DNA of 64,000 nt from Anthoceros angustus (Eukaryota; Plantae; Anthocerotophyta), in NCBI GenBank assembly GCA_010909165.1, contig VJWM01000116.1:806001-870000 (forward strand), written 5' to 3'. The translations under genes and the position numbers were made by a program. Under the pieces are notes generated by a model, which had not been told where the DNA came from, made no database searches, and saw nothing but the letters and a program-made list of their open reading frames with translations. Positions 48,015 through 60,360 of the stretch are shown here, in pieces. Each line of letters opens with the position of its first letter. Position 1 is the first letter of the stretch.

Positions 48015-50043
48015 ATGGAAGACCGCGAGAATTCGAAGCTGCTCGAATGGGCATCCTCCAGAGGCATCACCGATGCTCCACTCGAACCCTCTTCATGCGC
48101 GTGCTCGATGTGTGTATGCGGCGGCCTGGGCTTCTCTTTGCGGATTGCTTCCTTTCCTCTAGCTGGCGGGTAACCTTGGCTCGTCATTTTCCTGGCTCTT
48201 GTGGGATTTGAGCTGTGACGTGTCAACGTCTGGTCTGATTATGTGATGAGCTGAAGTCTGGAATGAGCAGGAGGGGACTTGCGGCTGTTCGAGCCCTCCA
48301 AGATGGTGAATTGATTCTTCGGGTGCCGGATGCAGCTCTTATGAGCCTACGGAGTGCCAGGGAGGACACTGTCCTGGCTCAAGCACTAGGCAAATATCCG
48401 AGGTTGTCATCTGTACAGGTCTGTTGTTGCTTCCTTTGGTGTCTGCTTTTCATATGGGCTTGAGTGCTGAAACCTTCCTCAATTATGGCAAACTTATCTC
48501 AAACTGTTGGGCGCGTTCATGCCCAGGCTGTTGCAGATTCTCACAGTTCACCTTCTGCAAGAGACCTCCAAAAAAGAGGAGTCGAAATGGTACCCTTACC
48601 TGCTGCATCTTCCTAGAGTTCATCATACCCTGGCACATTTTTCTGATGATGAAGCCGAGGCGTTGCAGGTGATTTTCTGGTTCCCTCTTTGCACACTTTC
48701 TTCTCTCAGAAGCCTGCTGTAACTGCTGAAAGTTGATGTCCTCCCCAGGTGGAGGAGGCCGTGTGGGCGGCAAAGCAGGCTGCAATTCAAGTTCGACAAT
48801 CATGGCTGGAAGCACTGGGTCTACTGAAGGAGTTGAAATTGCAATCCAAGTTTCTGAGTCTGAAAGCCTGGCTTTGGGCTGCTGCGACTGTGAGTGAAAT
48901 GTAGTCTTGCATGTTCAGTGTAGCCCCAGCCTTGAGCATTTAGCTGCTTCAGCACAATATGAGATGGAATGACAGTGCAGGGAGTTTGTTTTATTTGATG
49001 CAGTTTGTTTTATTTGATGTGCTTAGATTTCTTCTCGCACACTTCACGTACCCTGGGATGAGGCAGGCACACTCTGCCCTGTGGGCGACTTGTTCAATTA
49101 CGCTCCTCCTGGTGCTAGAGTTACGGGCAAAGCAAGACAAGGGGACGACAGTCTGACACAATGCTCAGGCTGTAAGTGCCAAAACCAAGCGGGAACGGAC
49201 GTTTCCACTTGTAGCTGCATCGAAGATTATGAGTCTGGAGGCGAAGATGATGGCGATGGTTTGGAACTGAAAGAGAGGCTCAGAGATGGTGGGTACGAGG
49301 ATGGATGTCATGCTTTCTGCTTCTATGCACGGCAGCATTACAAGGAAGGTGAACAGGTAAGCGATCAGCAATACCCGTTACCATTTCCTTTTTTAGTTCC
49401 TTCACCTCCTCATGTTCATCGTTGGGGGTGTCAGGTCCTCCTGTGCTATGGTCAGTACAACAACATCGAGCTTCTGGAGCACTACGGCTTTCTGCTGCCA
49501 GACAACCCAAACAACAATATTCACATTCCCTTGCCCTTGCCTTCAGAGTTTGGCAACGACAGGAACACATCCTGGCTTTCCCATGTGCAGCCTGGCGACA
49601 TCTACCTTCGAGTCGATGGAAGGCCTTCATTTTCGTTACTTTCAGCTCTTCGCCTCCTGGCTGCCCCTCCCGTGCTGAGGAGGGCGCGCAGCCATTTGGC
49701 CATGTCAGGCATGCAGATCTCCCCCCAGTCCGACCTCGCGGTCTACCAGTGGCTCGAGAAGAGGTGTCAGTCACTGCTTGCGAACCTGCCGACAGATATA
49801 CGTCAAGACAGAGAGCTTCTCAGTATGATCAATACCTGCGAGACAGGCGACACTCTCGGCTCTTGTGGCTGCCCAGCTGATCAGGACTTGAGTAAGCCAT
49901 CTTTGCCATCACACAAGGGACGGTCCGAATTAGAGAGGTGGAAGCTTGCGGTTCTGTGGAGACTAGGGTACAAACAGGTTTTGCTTGGTTGCGTGGCGCA
50001 TTGTGGCAGAAAAATCTGTGTGTTGCAAAGGCAGCCTGCGTAG
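48015..50043 (+). CDS. SDG40: SET-domain (Rubisco LSMT-like, SETD4-type) lysine methyltransferase, multi-exon
   Basis: LLEWASSRGITD...LGFSLRIASFPLAGG|RGLAAVRALQDGELILRVP; SKWYPYLLHLP; SSRTLHVPWDEAGTLCPVGDLFNY; GEQVLLCYGQYNNIELLEHYGF. Confidence 0.88.
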
Positions 50044-50158
50044 TTCAGCAGTAACATGAACTGAAGTCAGACGTTGCCCTGTCTTTAGGTGCATGCATTC
50101 TATGAAATCCTTCTACACAGACTATACTTGTAGGCCGAGCTCTCCGTTTCGCTCGTTT

Positions 50159-50376
50159 GTTAGGGATGTACCTCATTGTTAGGGATGCACCTCATTGAAA
50201 GGGATGCACCTCATTGAAAGGGATGCACCAAGGGATGCACCTCATTGTCAGGGATGCACCTCATTGTCAGGGATGCACCTCATTGTAAGGGATGCACCTC
50301 ATTGTAAGGGATGCACCTCATTGTAAGGGATGCACCTCATTGTAAGGGATGCACCTCATAGTCAGGGATGCACCTC
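50159..50376. repeat. 19-bp minisatellite, ~11 copies
   Basis: Unit GGGATGCACCTCATTGTAA with variants -TTA, -AAA and -TCA grouped in blocks. Confidence 0.92.
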
Positions 50377-50967
50377 CGATGTATTCACGTATGCACTCGT
50401 TCAAGGTAACGCTTATGTCAAAGGAGCTAACTCGGTCACTCATCCGACACCAGATTACCGTCCCCTCGCGTTACATCCTCCAGACTCCAAACCCACAATG
50501 GCATCCTCCCCTCGTTAAAATAAAGAGCTAGTCGGTGCCATATTTCTCAGGACCTATAGTATTCCGTCCTTCCGCTCATTCCTTGAGGACTGCAGTTCCG
50601 AAACTATGGCGTGCGAAGAAGAAGCACATTCTGCCTCAGCTTAGAAAATTTTCAGTGGGCAACTCCGAAATTGCATGCCAGTAAGAAGCACCCCGGCATC
50701 GAAGCACTTTCAAAGTGGCTCGGAAGCCGCTGCACGTAAGCAGCGTCTTCTGCTGCGGCCAGCATGCCAAAAACCAACTCGGCCATGTTGACTCTGTGTC
50801 ACAGCTTGTCAGAGCTGTTGGCGACTTTCTGCTTGAGCGCCGAGGAAAAGAATTTCATATGCAAGATCAAGCTCTTCACATCAAAACGGTTTTGCCTACC
50901 TATCTCCTCTACATCAGGAAGCTACATCAAGGCACACGAGGAGGGAAGTGAAGGGAGTTCAGTGAAT

Positions 50968-51546
50968 TCAGCCTGACGATGCAGGCTGCGCAGCGACTGA
51001 GGACCTGCGCAAGAGATGATCAACATTCAGCTCATTGATTTTGGCAGCCAGGATGAAGTCGTTCTCGGTCAAGCCTCCCACAGCATGCGTGCTGATGTCT
51101 ATGCTGACCTTGTTCCAGCCAACAAGGTGAAGGTCAGGGTGATGCCCTTGCTCCTCCGCAACCTCAGCCACATGCTTGAACAGCTCCAGGCCTTTAAGAA
51201 AGGTTTTCGACTTCCAGGCCCGGTGCAAGCAGAGCGCGCTGTCTTTGGGATCCTCCACGAGCTCCCATCCGGGAACCTGCGGCAGCAGCAACTCCGCCAA
51301 CTCCCGCCTCATCGGCCGCAACGATTTAGCCTCGCATGGCACGCACTTCTTCTTGCTCAGCGCAGGCAACGCCTGCTCCTCGGGCTGGCCTGCGCTGCTC
51401 CTAGCCTGCATCTTCGTTACCGGCACCTGCAATTTCCACACCGTCCGCGTTTGCCGCAGCTGCACGCTCAAGCCATTGCGATGCGCAGCAGACACCGAGG
51501 CCACGCACGGTGCGCAGCGTGCCAGCACGCCCCCGATCATCATCAT
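50968..51546 (-). CDS. PCD: Pterin-4-alpha-carbinolamine dehydratase with organellar transit peptide, intronless
   Basis: LSKKKCVPC...GWEL...VAEVAEEQGHHPDLHLVGWNKVSIDISTHAVGGLTENDFILAAKINEL. The His motif is intact, so this is the active type rather than RAF2. First ATG at 51546. Confidence 0.93.
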   Translation of the reverse strand: MMMIGGVLARCAPCVASVSAAHRNGLSVQLRQTRTVWKLQVPVTKMQARSSAGQPEEQALPALSKKKCVPCEAKSLRPMRRELAELLLPQVPGWELVEDPKDSALCLHRAWKSKTFLKGLELFKHVAEVAEEQGHHPDLHLVGWNKVSIDISTHAVGGLTENDFILAAKINELNVDHLLRRSSVAAQPASSG

Positions 51547-51664
51547 CCCGCTCAGGCGCCTCAAGCACAACTGCTCAAATCGCTTGATCCACTCACCCTG
51601 CCAAGTGTGGAACTGATCTGGCTCAGCTGCCGTGTCACTCTTTGACAGTCTCACGGAATCCGTA

Positions 51665-52510
51665 ATCTTTGTTTAATAAAGGAAAACGATGGGAAGAAGC
51701 CCATCCAACACGACAACAAGGAGGACCCCGAGGGTGAGGATGAAAAGGAGCAACTAAGGGACCTAAAGCTATAAGCGGATCCCAAAACATCATATGCAGA
51801 ACGAACAAAATGCCTGCAAACCATGAGAAATGTCACCCGCGATCGCCGCCTTGTGAAGGATTACCGTCGAGAGAGCTCTTTGAAGGACAATGGAGACCCG
51901 CTGTCTCAAGTAAGTTGTGAAATATGAAAAGGATAGCCCCGCACCATGCTTACGGGCATGGTAGGATTTAGCACAGGACTTGAGAAATTTATCGAAGTTC
52001 TCAGCCATTGCCCCATACGTCTCAAGTGTGAGCGGAATAAAGAGGCGGCCTGCTTGCATTCCATTGTACTTTCTGACCTTGAGAGCTGCAGCTCCAGTGG
52101 CAGCCCAACCAGGACAGTTAGTGATGACCTGAGCGGAGATGTTGTATGAAGAGTGTAGCCTCGCTCCCTCTAGGCCATGTAGCTATGACATTTCCAGACT
52201 GCGTGTGGTGTGTCTTGACCCCATGGGGACAACGAGCAAGGTGTACCCCAGAGTCATCGAGGGCCGAGCCGCACTCGCAGGTAAGGAGGGAGGATGCCAC
52301 AAGCTGGAGTAGGCCAAGACGGAATCGCATCACAGTGGTGAAGGTGGTGGGTGCAATGACAAAACCCCGAATACATGGACGAGCTAGAAGCCAAGCGCCT
52401 GCGTCCCTACCAGAACAAGAGCGAAGCCGAGCTCTCGTAGACCTGGGGATGGAGGAGTCCAAGAGGACAGACTTGAAAGCTTGGCTGAGCTGCTTCTCAA
52501 GCAAGGACGC
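51665..52510 (-). mobile_element. CRE-like RLE non-LTR retrotransposon, 3' part
   Basis: ARLRSCSGRDAGAWLLARP...MRFRLGL...CECGSALDDSGVHLARCPHG; KVRKY...FIPLTLETYG...LRQRVSIVLQRA. Confidence 0.88.
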
Positions 52511-52658
52511 CTGCTATGGGGCCACTTTTGCTAGCGGACTAGCAGGGTGCATACTTTTAACCCAATGTCATTATTGTACTGGGGTTCATTCCACAGGGAA
52601 TGGACTCGTGCTTATTCTGCCGAAATTCCACAACTCGTCGCCTAAACGGACTTCATCA

Positions 52659-53776
52659 TGTTAGGGCGAGAACCGCAGAGCCTAGGCGTGTGCCATACAG
52701 CAACTCAAAGGACCAGACACGCAACCCACCGGATCTTCCCATGAGGCTTCGCTTAGGATGTCTCAAAACACCGTTTAAGGTCCGGCGGACCAGAATAGGT
52801 TTAACGATGCGCTCCTTCATCGGTCTCCGTACGCACCCGTCACCGCGCACAAACCTCCTTATTCTCCAACTCACAACTCTATACTCAGCTCAACACTACT
52901 CCAACACGACGCCCATGCCCATAACGCCTTTCCTCCTTCTTCCACACTCCCACACAGCTAGTATCATAAACACCAACACGCCGACGTATTGACACCAGAC
53001 CGCCTTTGCTCCTTCCGACTGCTTCACCTTCAGTGAGGTGGTGGCTTCCTAGCCTGTAACCCCACCGCCTCCGTTCTAGCAGCCTCTTGGGCTGGCTTCC
53101 ACATGGAGGGATCACCTTGAAGCGCTCTTCGATCCTTTTGACAGTTTCACGTTCCGCGGAGTAGTGGCTTCGCAACCTTCAACCCCGAGGCCTCCGTTCT
53201 AACAGCCTCCAGGGATGGCCTCGCGCCAAGGGAGCACCCTCGAGTGCCACCTGAGCTCAAGACTGGTCCCAATTTGCATCCCCCAAGCATGTTAGTGGAG
53301 CTCGTCCTCAAAGCTCTCGACACATCCCGTTAGCACCAATCAATCCTGCAAGGTGACGCAAGAATACACTCAGCTCCTCGAGCGCAAGACGGCGAGAGCA
53401 CACATAGCCCAAAATTGGCATAAGGGACAGTCTTCGGGTCTTGGGCGCCCAGGCCTCCTTATATACCCCCCCACATCCTAATCTAACCCGCCTATATATG
53501 TACCCTAGCCCTAGGCAGTTGCAACCGCCAGGCCATAACTCATCATTCCGCCGGCCTTCTTCCACCGGCCTGCACCCCATGCCGCCATCCGGATCTGGAC
53601 TGCCTGACCGACCATCCCGCCAAGCCATTCCCTGTCGTACCAACTCCGTCGAGGCATACTTCAACGGACTTACTCTCGCAAGCCTCCCTTTATAAGCGGA
53701 CCATATCTCCCCCTCGCCGGATCACCCCATCTCGAGAACAAATCCAGCACTTGCCAGACCTCTTCGGTCCCTAACA
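52659..53776 (-). mobile_element. Solo LTR (~1.12 kb), no TSD
   Basis: TGTTAGGG...CCCTAACA inverted termini; TATATAA on the minus strand at ~53459-53465. No PBS or PPT adjacent; flanks catca and gattg differ. Confidence 0.7.
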
Positions 53777-53959
53777 GATTGAAGGTCTAGGGATTGCACT
53801 CTAAGTACAATCTGGCCAAAAATGGCCTTATTGGCTGCCTCCCTATCCCTCTTAAAGAGTAACAACCCAAAAGAAACAAAACAAGCATAAAACAAGCCGC
53901 CGGGTTATGAACATCGAATTTGGCACTCTATACTTATAATCCCCTGAAACCGTTAGAGA

Positions 53960-54345
53960 TGAAAGTTGAGAAAGGGCTCGCTTGCGGGCAAAATCACCCA
54001 CACAGCACTTGTAAGCCCCTGGACACATGATGTCCCTAAGAGTGTCCAAAATCTTCCTGTCAAACCCTTACAGGCAAGACAGATGAACCTGAGATGGGAG
54101 CACAGGCGGATGAGAAAGACACGGCTCCTAGCGAAATAGGAAGAAAGAATTCCGAAGGCCACTTGAGCATCCTCCAGGAGAGGGAGGTCCTCAACATAGG
54201 ACAGGTCTTCCTAGAGAGCCTGGTCCAAGAAGCTCCTAATGAAATTAGGGGAGCACAAACTTTCAGCCTCATCTACAGGGAACTCCCAAAATCCGTAAAC
54301 CCGGGACCGGAGCAATCTCCCTAGCAGGAAACTGCAAAGTGGGAA
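53960..54345 (-). mobile_element. CRE-like LINE, RT C-terminal (thumb) part
   Basis: FIRSFLDQAL..DLSYVEDLPLLEDAQVAFGILSSYFARSRVFLIR...FDRKILDTLRDIM. Confidence 0.7.
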
Positions 54346-54599
54346 GGATGCGCGACGGGGACTAGACAGGGCACTTGGAGAGCTTGACCTTCAACCGGCA
54401 TTCAGCTCCGGCGTGAGGCATTCCGTATACGCTCCAGCTTTGTCACCGAAGGTTGATTCGTGGAGTTTCAGGGCTTATCTCAGCGCGAGCTGTTGTCTAT
54501 AGTTTGTCGTTGTTACTCAGTAACATGCGTTGTTATAGTAAGCTGCTCCCTCATCTCGGTTTATACATTTGTCTTTGTTGATTTGAATTCATGGATGTA

Positions 54600-57022
54600 T
54601 AGGGCACTTTTTGCTTCCAGGGTTTAGGGGCGGACTCAGAGCCGGATCACAGTTTCCATCCATGGTTGTGCCTCCACAGCACCTACTGACCACAACCATC
54701 CATGCTCCCAGATGCCGAAGAAGGAGAAGGAGGCGCCGGTGGCGAGATCATTGATGTTTCACGCTAAGCCAAACAGGGACACCAGGAAGCTTGCGACTAC
54801 AAGGATTCTGTATGGGTAGGCCGCAGTTGATGCGGCTGTCGGCAATGAATCACCTCAGGGGGCAACGGTGGTTATGGAAAGTAGATATATGGCGGTTGCA
54901 CAAGCCGTGTTGGGAGATGGAGCGGAGTCATTGCAGGAAAAGTGGAAAGGGGAGAAGAAGAAGAGGAAAGGGAAAGGGCTGGCCAGGTCTCCTCCTTCTT
55001 GGCCCTGGAAAGCTGGTAGAGGGAAGAAGAAGTCGGTAGCAGTGGATGACAAACCCGCGGCCCCAAGTGGAGACAAGTCGGTCAAGTCGAAGCTGACAAT
55101 TGGGCGCTTCCACCATGAAGCCACACCCTTTTCCATCTTGGGTTGAGGAACTTGTACGCGCCTCTGATGGCAACAAGTTGGGAGCATCAGCAGCCAATAC
55201 CATACCCATGGAAGCAGATTTTGATGAGCAAGAAACTGAGGCGCACTGTCAGTGAGTTCATGACACAGTAGCGGGAGGTGACTCGCCATGCCAATGAAGA
55301 TGCAGTGCATCACTTGGAGGCTGCAACTCTCCCAGTGATGGCGGTGGCCATGAGCCTCAATTGCAGTGGCGGCTCATGGTACTCTTCCGGTGGTGACAAA
55401 GCCTGTCTCTTCTAAAATTGATGGGGGGCGATAAAGCGATTTTGGCAAGGTGCAAATTGAGCATCAGGGACTGCCGTCGTAGGGATAGGGACCCTGATTT
55501 CATACCTAGACCCCCAGTGTCTCCGTTTCAATTTGTGCAGATGAGAACCTTAGGGGAGACACCCTGCCAAGTTGCCACTTAGCATTAGTCTCCATTGGCG
55601 AGGTGGGGCCAGGAGTCTCTGGTCATTCATGGGAGGTGTTGGCCAAAGAGTCCTAGGGTCAAGGTGCTCCGTGCTTGCCCATCTAGTCCTCTACCTAACA
55701 ATCCCACACCTTCCTTCATGGCAGATAGTTAAGTAGATGTTGCCACCAACCTTGGTCCTCCGCAAGACCCTGTCAACGAGTGATAGTCATGCTGTTCAGG
55801 CTGATCTAACATTGGAGGTTGACCAGACATTGGTTGATTCTAAGCCTGCCCTTGCAGAAGAGTCCGCTCATGAGCAAGACCCTGAAGTGCAGATTTGTGG
55901 CAATAAGAGAGTGCACGCGGTCGGGGTGCAAGTGTAGTTAATAACTTGAATGGGGACGGAGTGTCCGATAAGAATACGGAGCGTCGAAGCAAGTCCAAGG
56001 CTAACATGTCAACTTACTACGAAGTCCCGGTCTTGAATCTGGACGAGTCCACTGGTAAGTTCAAGGCTTTCTTGAAAACCCTAATCTCACTTTATTGTTC
56101 GGTAATCTAATCTTATAGTGATCTTTGCGTGCAGGTTGGGTAGTGGAGGAGTCACACTCGCACCGAAGACTGAAGAGGAGGTTGCACTGGGCCATGTGCA
56201 AATTTATGAACCCACTCATTGAGAATTTCTCGCTGGAACTCGAAGCCACTAAAAAGTTGGTTGAGTCATCCGTGAGAGTAGAAATTGGTGGGCCGTCGGA
56301 CATGTGCAAAATTATTGATCAAATTATGTCTAAGATGGTTCGTCAATAGAAGTACAACACGGCTAGAAGTGCCAGGGAGTTCTTGGCTTTTAAAAAATCA
56401 GGCCAGTATGTGAACAAGACAATGGATTCCAAGTACTAGGAGTTAGTGTTGGAGGCTGAGCGGAGGAAGCTATCTGGGGAGGTACTGGAAAGCCAACAGA
56501 TGAGGAGTGCTCAGGAGAGGAAGACAACTATGGTGCCCAAGCCACACTCCCATCTCGGAAATAGGGGCCTTGTGGCTTACAAGAGAAGATTCAAAGTTCA
56601 GTTCAAGCGAGAACCCATGCAGGAGGAGGAGGAGGTTGTGAGAACTCGGAAGGGAGGGTGGCACAAGAAACTTGATGATTATTGAAGAGGTAAGAACATG
56701 CTGGTGCCTAAGAAGGGTTCTCGGCAGGACAACGCTGGTAAGTTGATGAATGCTTCTGTTTTGTGGAGAGAGTACACCAGATCTGGTCTTGCAATGGATA
56801 TTGCAGACATGAAGGTTATGGAAGCAATCCTTGATGAGAATCACGCACACACTTGCACAAAGCTTGTTTGTAGTATTGCTTGAATAATAGAAAGTACAAG
56901 AGAGTGTTATAAAGTGGAGGTAGTCGGTAGTTACAACCATAAGTTATTGTGACTACCATACGTGGTTGTAACTAATATAACAACTAACTACCAAAATAAC
57001 TACCTAAGGAAACTATGTAGTG
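54600..57022 (+). mobile_element. Decayed CACTA/EnSpm-like element: TnpA/Ptta-like pseudogene and right end
   Basis: Stop-riddled PHSHLGNRGLVAYKRRFKVQFKREP..EE motif; subterminal gttacaac/gttgtaac repeats; ends ...ctatgTAGTG at 57022. Left end not found. Confidence 0.5.
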
Positions 57023-57898
57023 CCCTAGGCATATAATAATTATTAAGTAAAGGTGCCCTAGTGAATAGTGCTCTAAACCTAGCATATTTTATCACTCCCA
57101 CTCACTATAAACTGAGGGTGATTAAATAAAGTATTTTCTTGGCTTCAAAATGAACCAAAATGGGACTAAAATCGAAAACTAGATCTTAGGTAAAAACTGA
57201 CTTAAAAGCATAAAGCAAACTTAATCCTTTAATGATAAATAGAAATGGATAATAAATAAAAACTTAAAATGGGCGGGGGCCAAACGGTTGGCCCCCATGC
57301 GTCCCCTTCCACACATGCGGGGAGCCCGCGCGCGCCACGAGCTTAGTCATGACGTGGCTATAGTGGACGCCGAAGCCAGCGTGCGCGCCTGCCATCTCAT
57401 ATGCTGCCATCGGTAGGCAAGCTCCCGATGGACCGCCCTCCGAGACACACCTACCCCTCAGCCTTCCAGAGCAGAGATGAGTGGGGCAGATTTGGCTCAA
57501 GCGCGTCTGTGGGGAGGATGAAAACCAAACACTCATGCCTTGATGCAGGAAGAAATGCCGTTGGTGCTGCGCCTACTGCTGGAAATGGAGAGAAAAGGAA
57601 CACATAGGGGGCGCCCCTGTCTTGTGAGGGAAAATGCTGTAGGAAGGAACCGCCAGATAAAGGATGTCCACTTGTGTCTGCAAGCTCATCACAGCCAAAA
57701 GGAAGAAGAAAACAACATGGAATATGTTGTGATTGTGACGTCCCTGCATCTGCAACCGCCTTGCCTGGTGTGGCACCCTAGAATCTGGAGAGGAGGAGGC
57801 TAGCGCATGCTGCTGGTGCTTCTGAGGTCGTGAGAAAAGACGAAAAGTCCACTTCTTCTGCACCCAATGAGATTGTAGATCTCTCCTCCTCATCCTCT

Positions 57899-58524
57899 CA
57901 CTATAAGAATCACAGGTGTTTTACAACGTATTTTATAATGTAATTTACAACCTCACGTTGTAAAAACGGGCATTTACACGTTTGTAAACTGAGAGCTTAA
58001 CTAGATTGTAAAATTGTTGACGTGGCAGGCAAGATTGTCACTCATCAAGTTGACGTGTCCGCCACGTCAGCTAACCGGACGGGTAAGGTGTCCGGGTAGC
58101 CGGTTTACAATATCATATACAATGTGGTTGCCTTGTAATATAGGTTGTAAAGTATGTTGTTAATAAGAGGTTGTAGTCTGACAGCTTAACTAGGTTGTAA
58201 AGTGGGTCTATTTACAACGTATTTTATAATATACATTACAACCTCATTTACAACCTTCCTACACCCTTACTTTACAACCTAGAGTACAACTTTAATTACA
58301 ACGTCAAACCAAACCCAACCCAAGAAAATATTAGCCTTCCTCGTAGCAAACATCCTTTCCTGAGCTTCAAGCTGGCCTTATGCAAGGAAAGGGTACATAG
58401 ACGTGGGAGAAGAAAACAATGCAAAGACATACTTATCTTTGAAGTAATCTCCGTAGATTTTCCGAGCGACCGACCTAGAGCTTTCTGGCACATCTCCCAC
58501 CCTTCGTTAGTAAGAAATGTAGTG
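57899..58524. mobile_element. CACTA-like non-autonomous element or element end
   Basis: Starts CACTATAAGAA. More than a dozen TTACAAC/GTTGTAA motifs in both orientations up to 58302. Possible ...tgTAGTG end at 58524 with a poor TIR match. Confidence 0.55.
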
Positions 58525-59009
58525 AGGGCATGAATTCCCTAGAGAAGTTTAATCACGAAGTAAATTCGGCCAGTGAGACGAGTGACTACTGCAGTATCCA
58601 GAATCTGGCCAAGGGTAACTAGATGATTAACAAACTATATGGAGGCATTAGAACTTCATATGGCCCACAAAAGGCGGAACCACCACCTTCCCATCAAAAT
58701 CTAAACCCCCAATCTATTCACTAATATACACCGATTCTAATTTCCAAGACGCCTGAACGTATGGAAACTCGAATATGTACGATGAGGCGGGACTTGGACT
58801 ATGAGCCCCTGTTCGAAAATACTCTCAACTTATTTGTACACCTTACAATGCCTTTGTCATTGTTGATCCAATTTCCTTAGGTACTTTTGCCAATGGTAGT
58901 AGCAGGTAACCATGCCAAGCTATAGCTTGTCTAGGCTTTCTCTGGACAAACAAAGATAATCAACCTTCCAGGATGAAACGTTAACCGTGCTTGCGCCCGA
59001 CAAATATGA

Positions 59010-59699
59010 CCGGCCATACAATGTCCCCCAGTGCCCGTCAATGGCTTGCCATACAATGGTGCCCAACGCCCGACAATGGCTTGTCATATAATGGCGCCCA
59101 ACGCCCAACAATAATGGCGCCCAACGCCCAACAATAATGGCGCCCAACGCCCAACAATAATGGCGCCCAACGCCCAACAATAATGGCGCCCAACGCCCAA
59201 CAATAATGGCGCCCAACGCCCAACAATAATGGCGCCCAATTAATGCCCAATTATGGCGCTCAACGCCCAATTATGGCGCCGCTCAACAATGGCGCCCAAC
59301 GCCCAACAATAATGGCGCCTAATTAATGCCCAATTATGGCGCTCAACGCCCACCATGGCGCTCAACAATGGCCATACAATGGCGCTAACGCCCAACAATG
59401 GCGCCTAACGCCCGAAAATGGTTGGCCATACAATGGCGCCCAAATAACGTCTGACAATGGCGCCCAACGCCCAACTATGGCGCCCAATTAATGCCCAACA
59501 ATGGCCCAACACCCAACAATGACACCCAACACCAACTATGGCGCCCAATTAATGCCCAATTAATTAACGTAACAATGGCAACGCCCAACAATTAACGGAA
59601 CGCAACAATGGCGTAATTAACACCCAAAATGGCGCACCTTCAATAGTGCCCAACACCCAACAATGGCGCCCAACACTGGACAATGACTGGCCATACAAT
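59010..59699. repeat. 23-bp minisatellite, homogeneous core 59090-59238 with degenerate flanks
   Basis: Unit ACAATAATGGCGCCCAACGCCCA. Confidence 0.92.
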
Positions 59700-59961
59700 T
59701 GAAGGATCGTGTGGCAGCACATGATGGTGGAAAGAGGAGAGGAGAGGAGAGGAGGAGGCAAGTGTAACTCTCTCATATTGAGATGAGGCTTGGAGGGTAT
59801 TTATACCCTCCAATAGGGCTCCCTAGGAAGCTCCACAAGAAACCCCTAGGAAGGAGCACAAGAAGCTTCCTAGTGATTAGCTTGACTAAACTAATGATAT
59901 AGCTGACACCTAACTTAGACTAAGTGTATTAGTCTAAGTACATTGAGCTTTACACCTTACA
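59700..59961 (-). mobile_element. Solo LTR (262 bp) with 5-bp TSD ACAAT
   Basis: TGAAGG...CCTTACA termini; ACAAT at 59695-59699 and 59962-59966; TATAAATA on the minus strand at ~59798-59805. Confidence 0.82.
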
Positions 59962-60360
59962 ACAATGGCTGCGAAGGTGGGCATGTACATGGCACATGCT
60001 TGTAAGCATGGGGTGGCACTGCTGCTAAAGAGCACTTAAGAAAATGCTAAAGAGCGAGATGTACTAGTATTAGAGCACCCTCATTCCCGACTTTTTCCCT
60101 CTCCAAGCCAGATTGTGCGTAAGGGCTAGGATTAATGGAGTGCGTGCTGCCGAGTGCCACGCCTTCACACTCTTGAATGGATGCGTTCATCATGCCCCCA
60201 CAAAATAACCCCCACCAAATTTAAAATACCCTCCCGCCTCCATCCCCCACCAAAAACTCTCCCTCCATCCCCCTGCCCACCGACTTTCCCCCCCCCCAAA
60301 AGACCAGCATGTTCCCATGGAAAACTTAATAGGAATGGTATACTTCATATGCCTTGGTGG

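Noticed and set aside
50968-51546. RAF2 (Rubisco assembly factor) identity
   Set aside because: The intact EQGHHPDL and THAVGGLTENDFILA motifs indicate the catalytically active PCD type.
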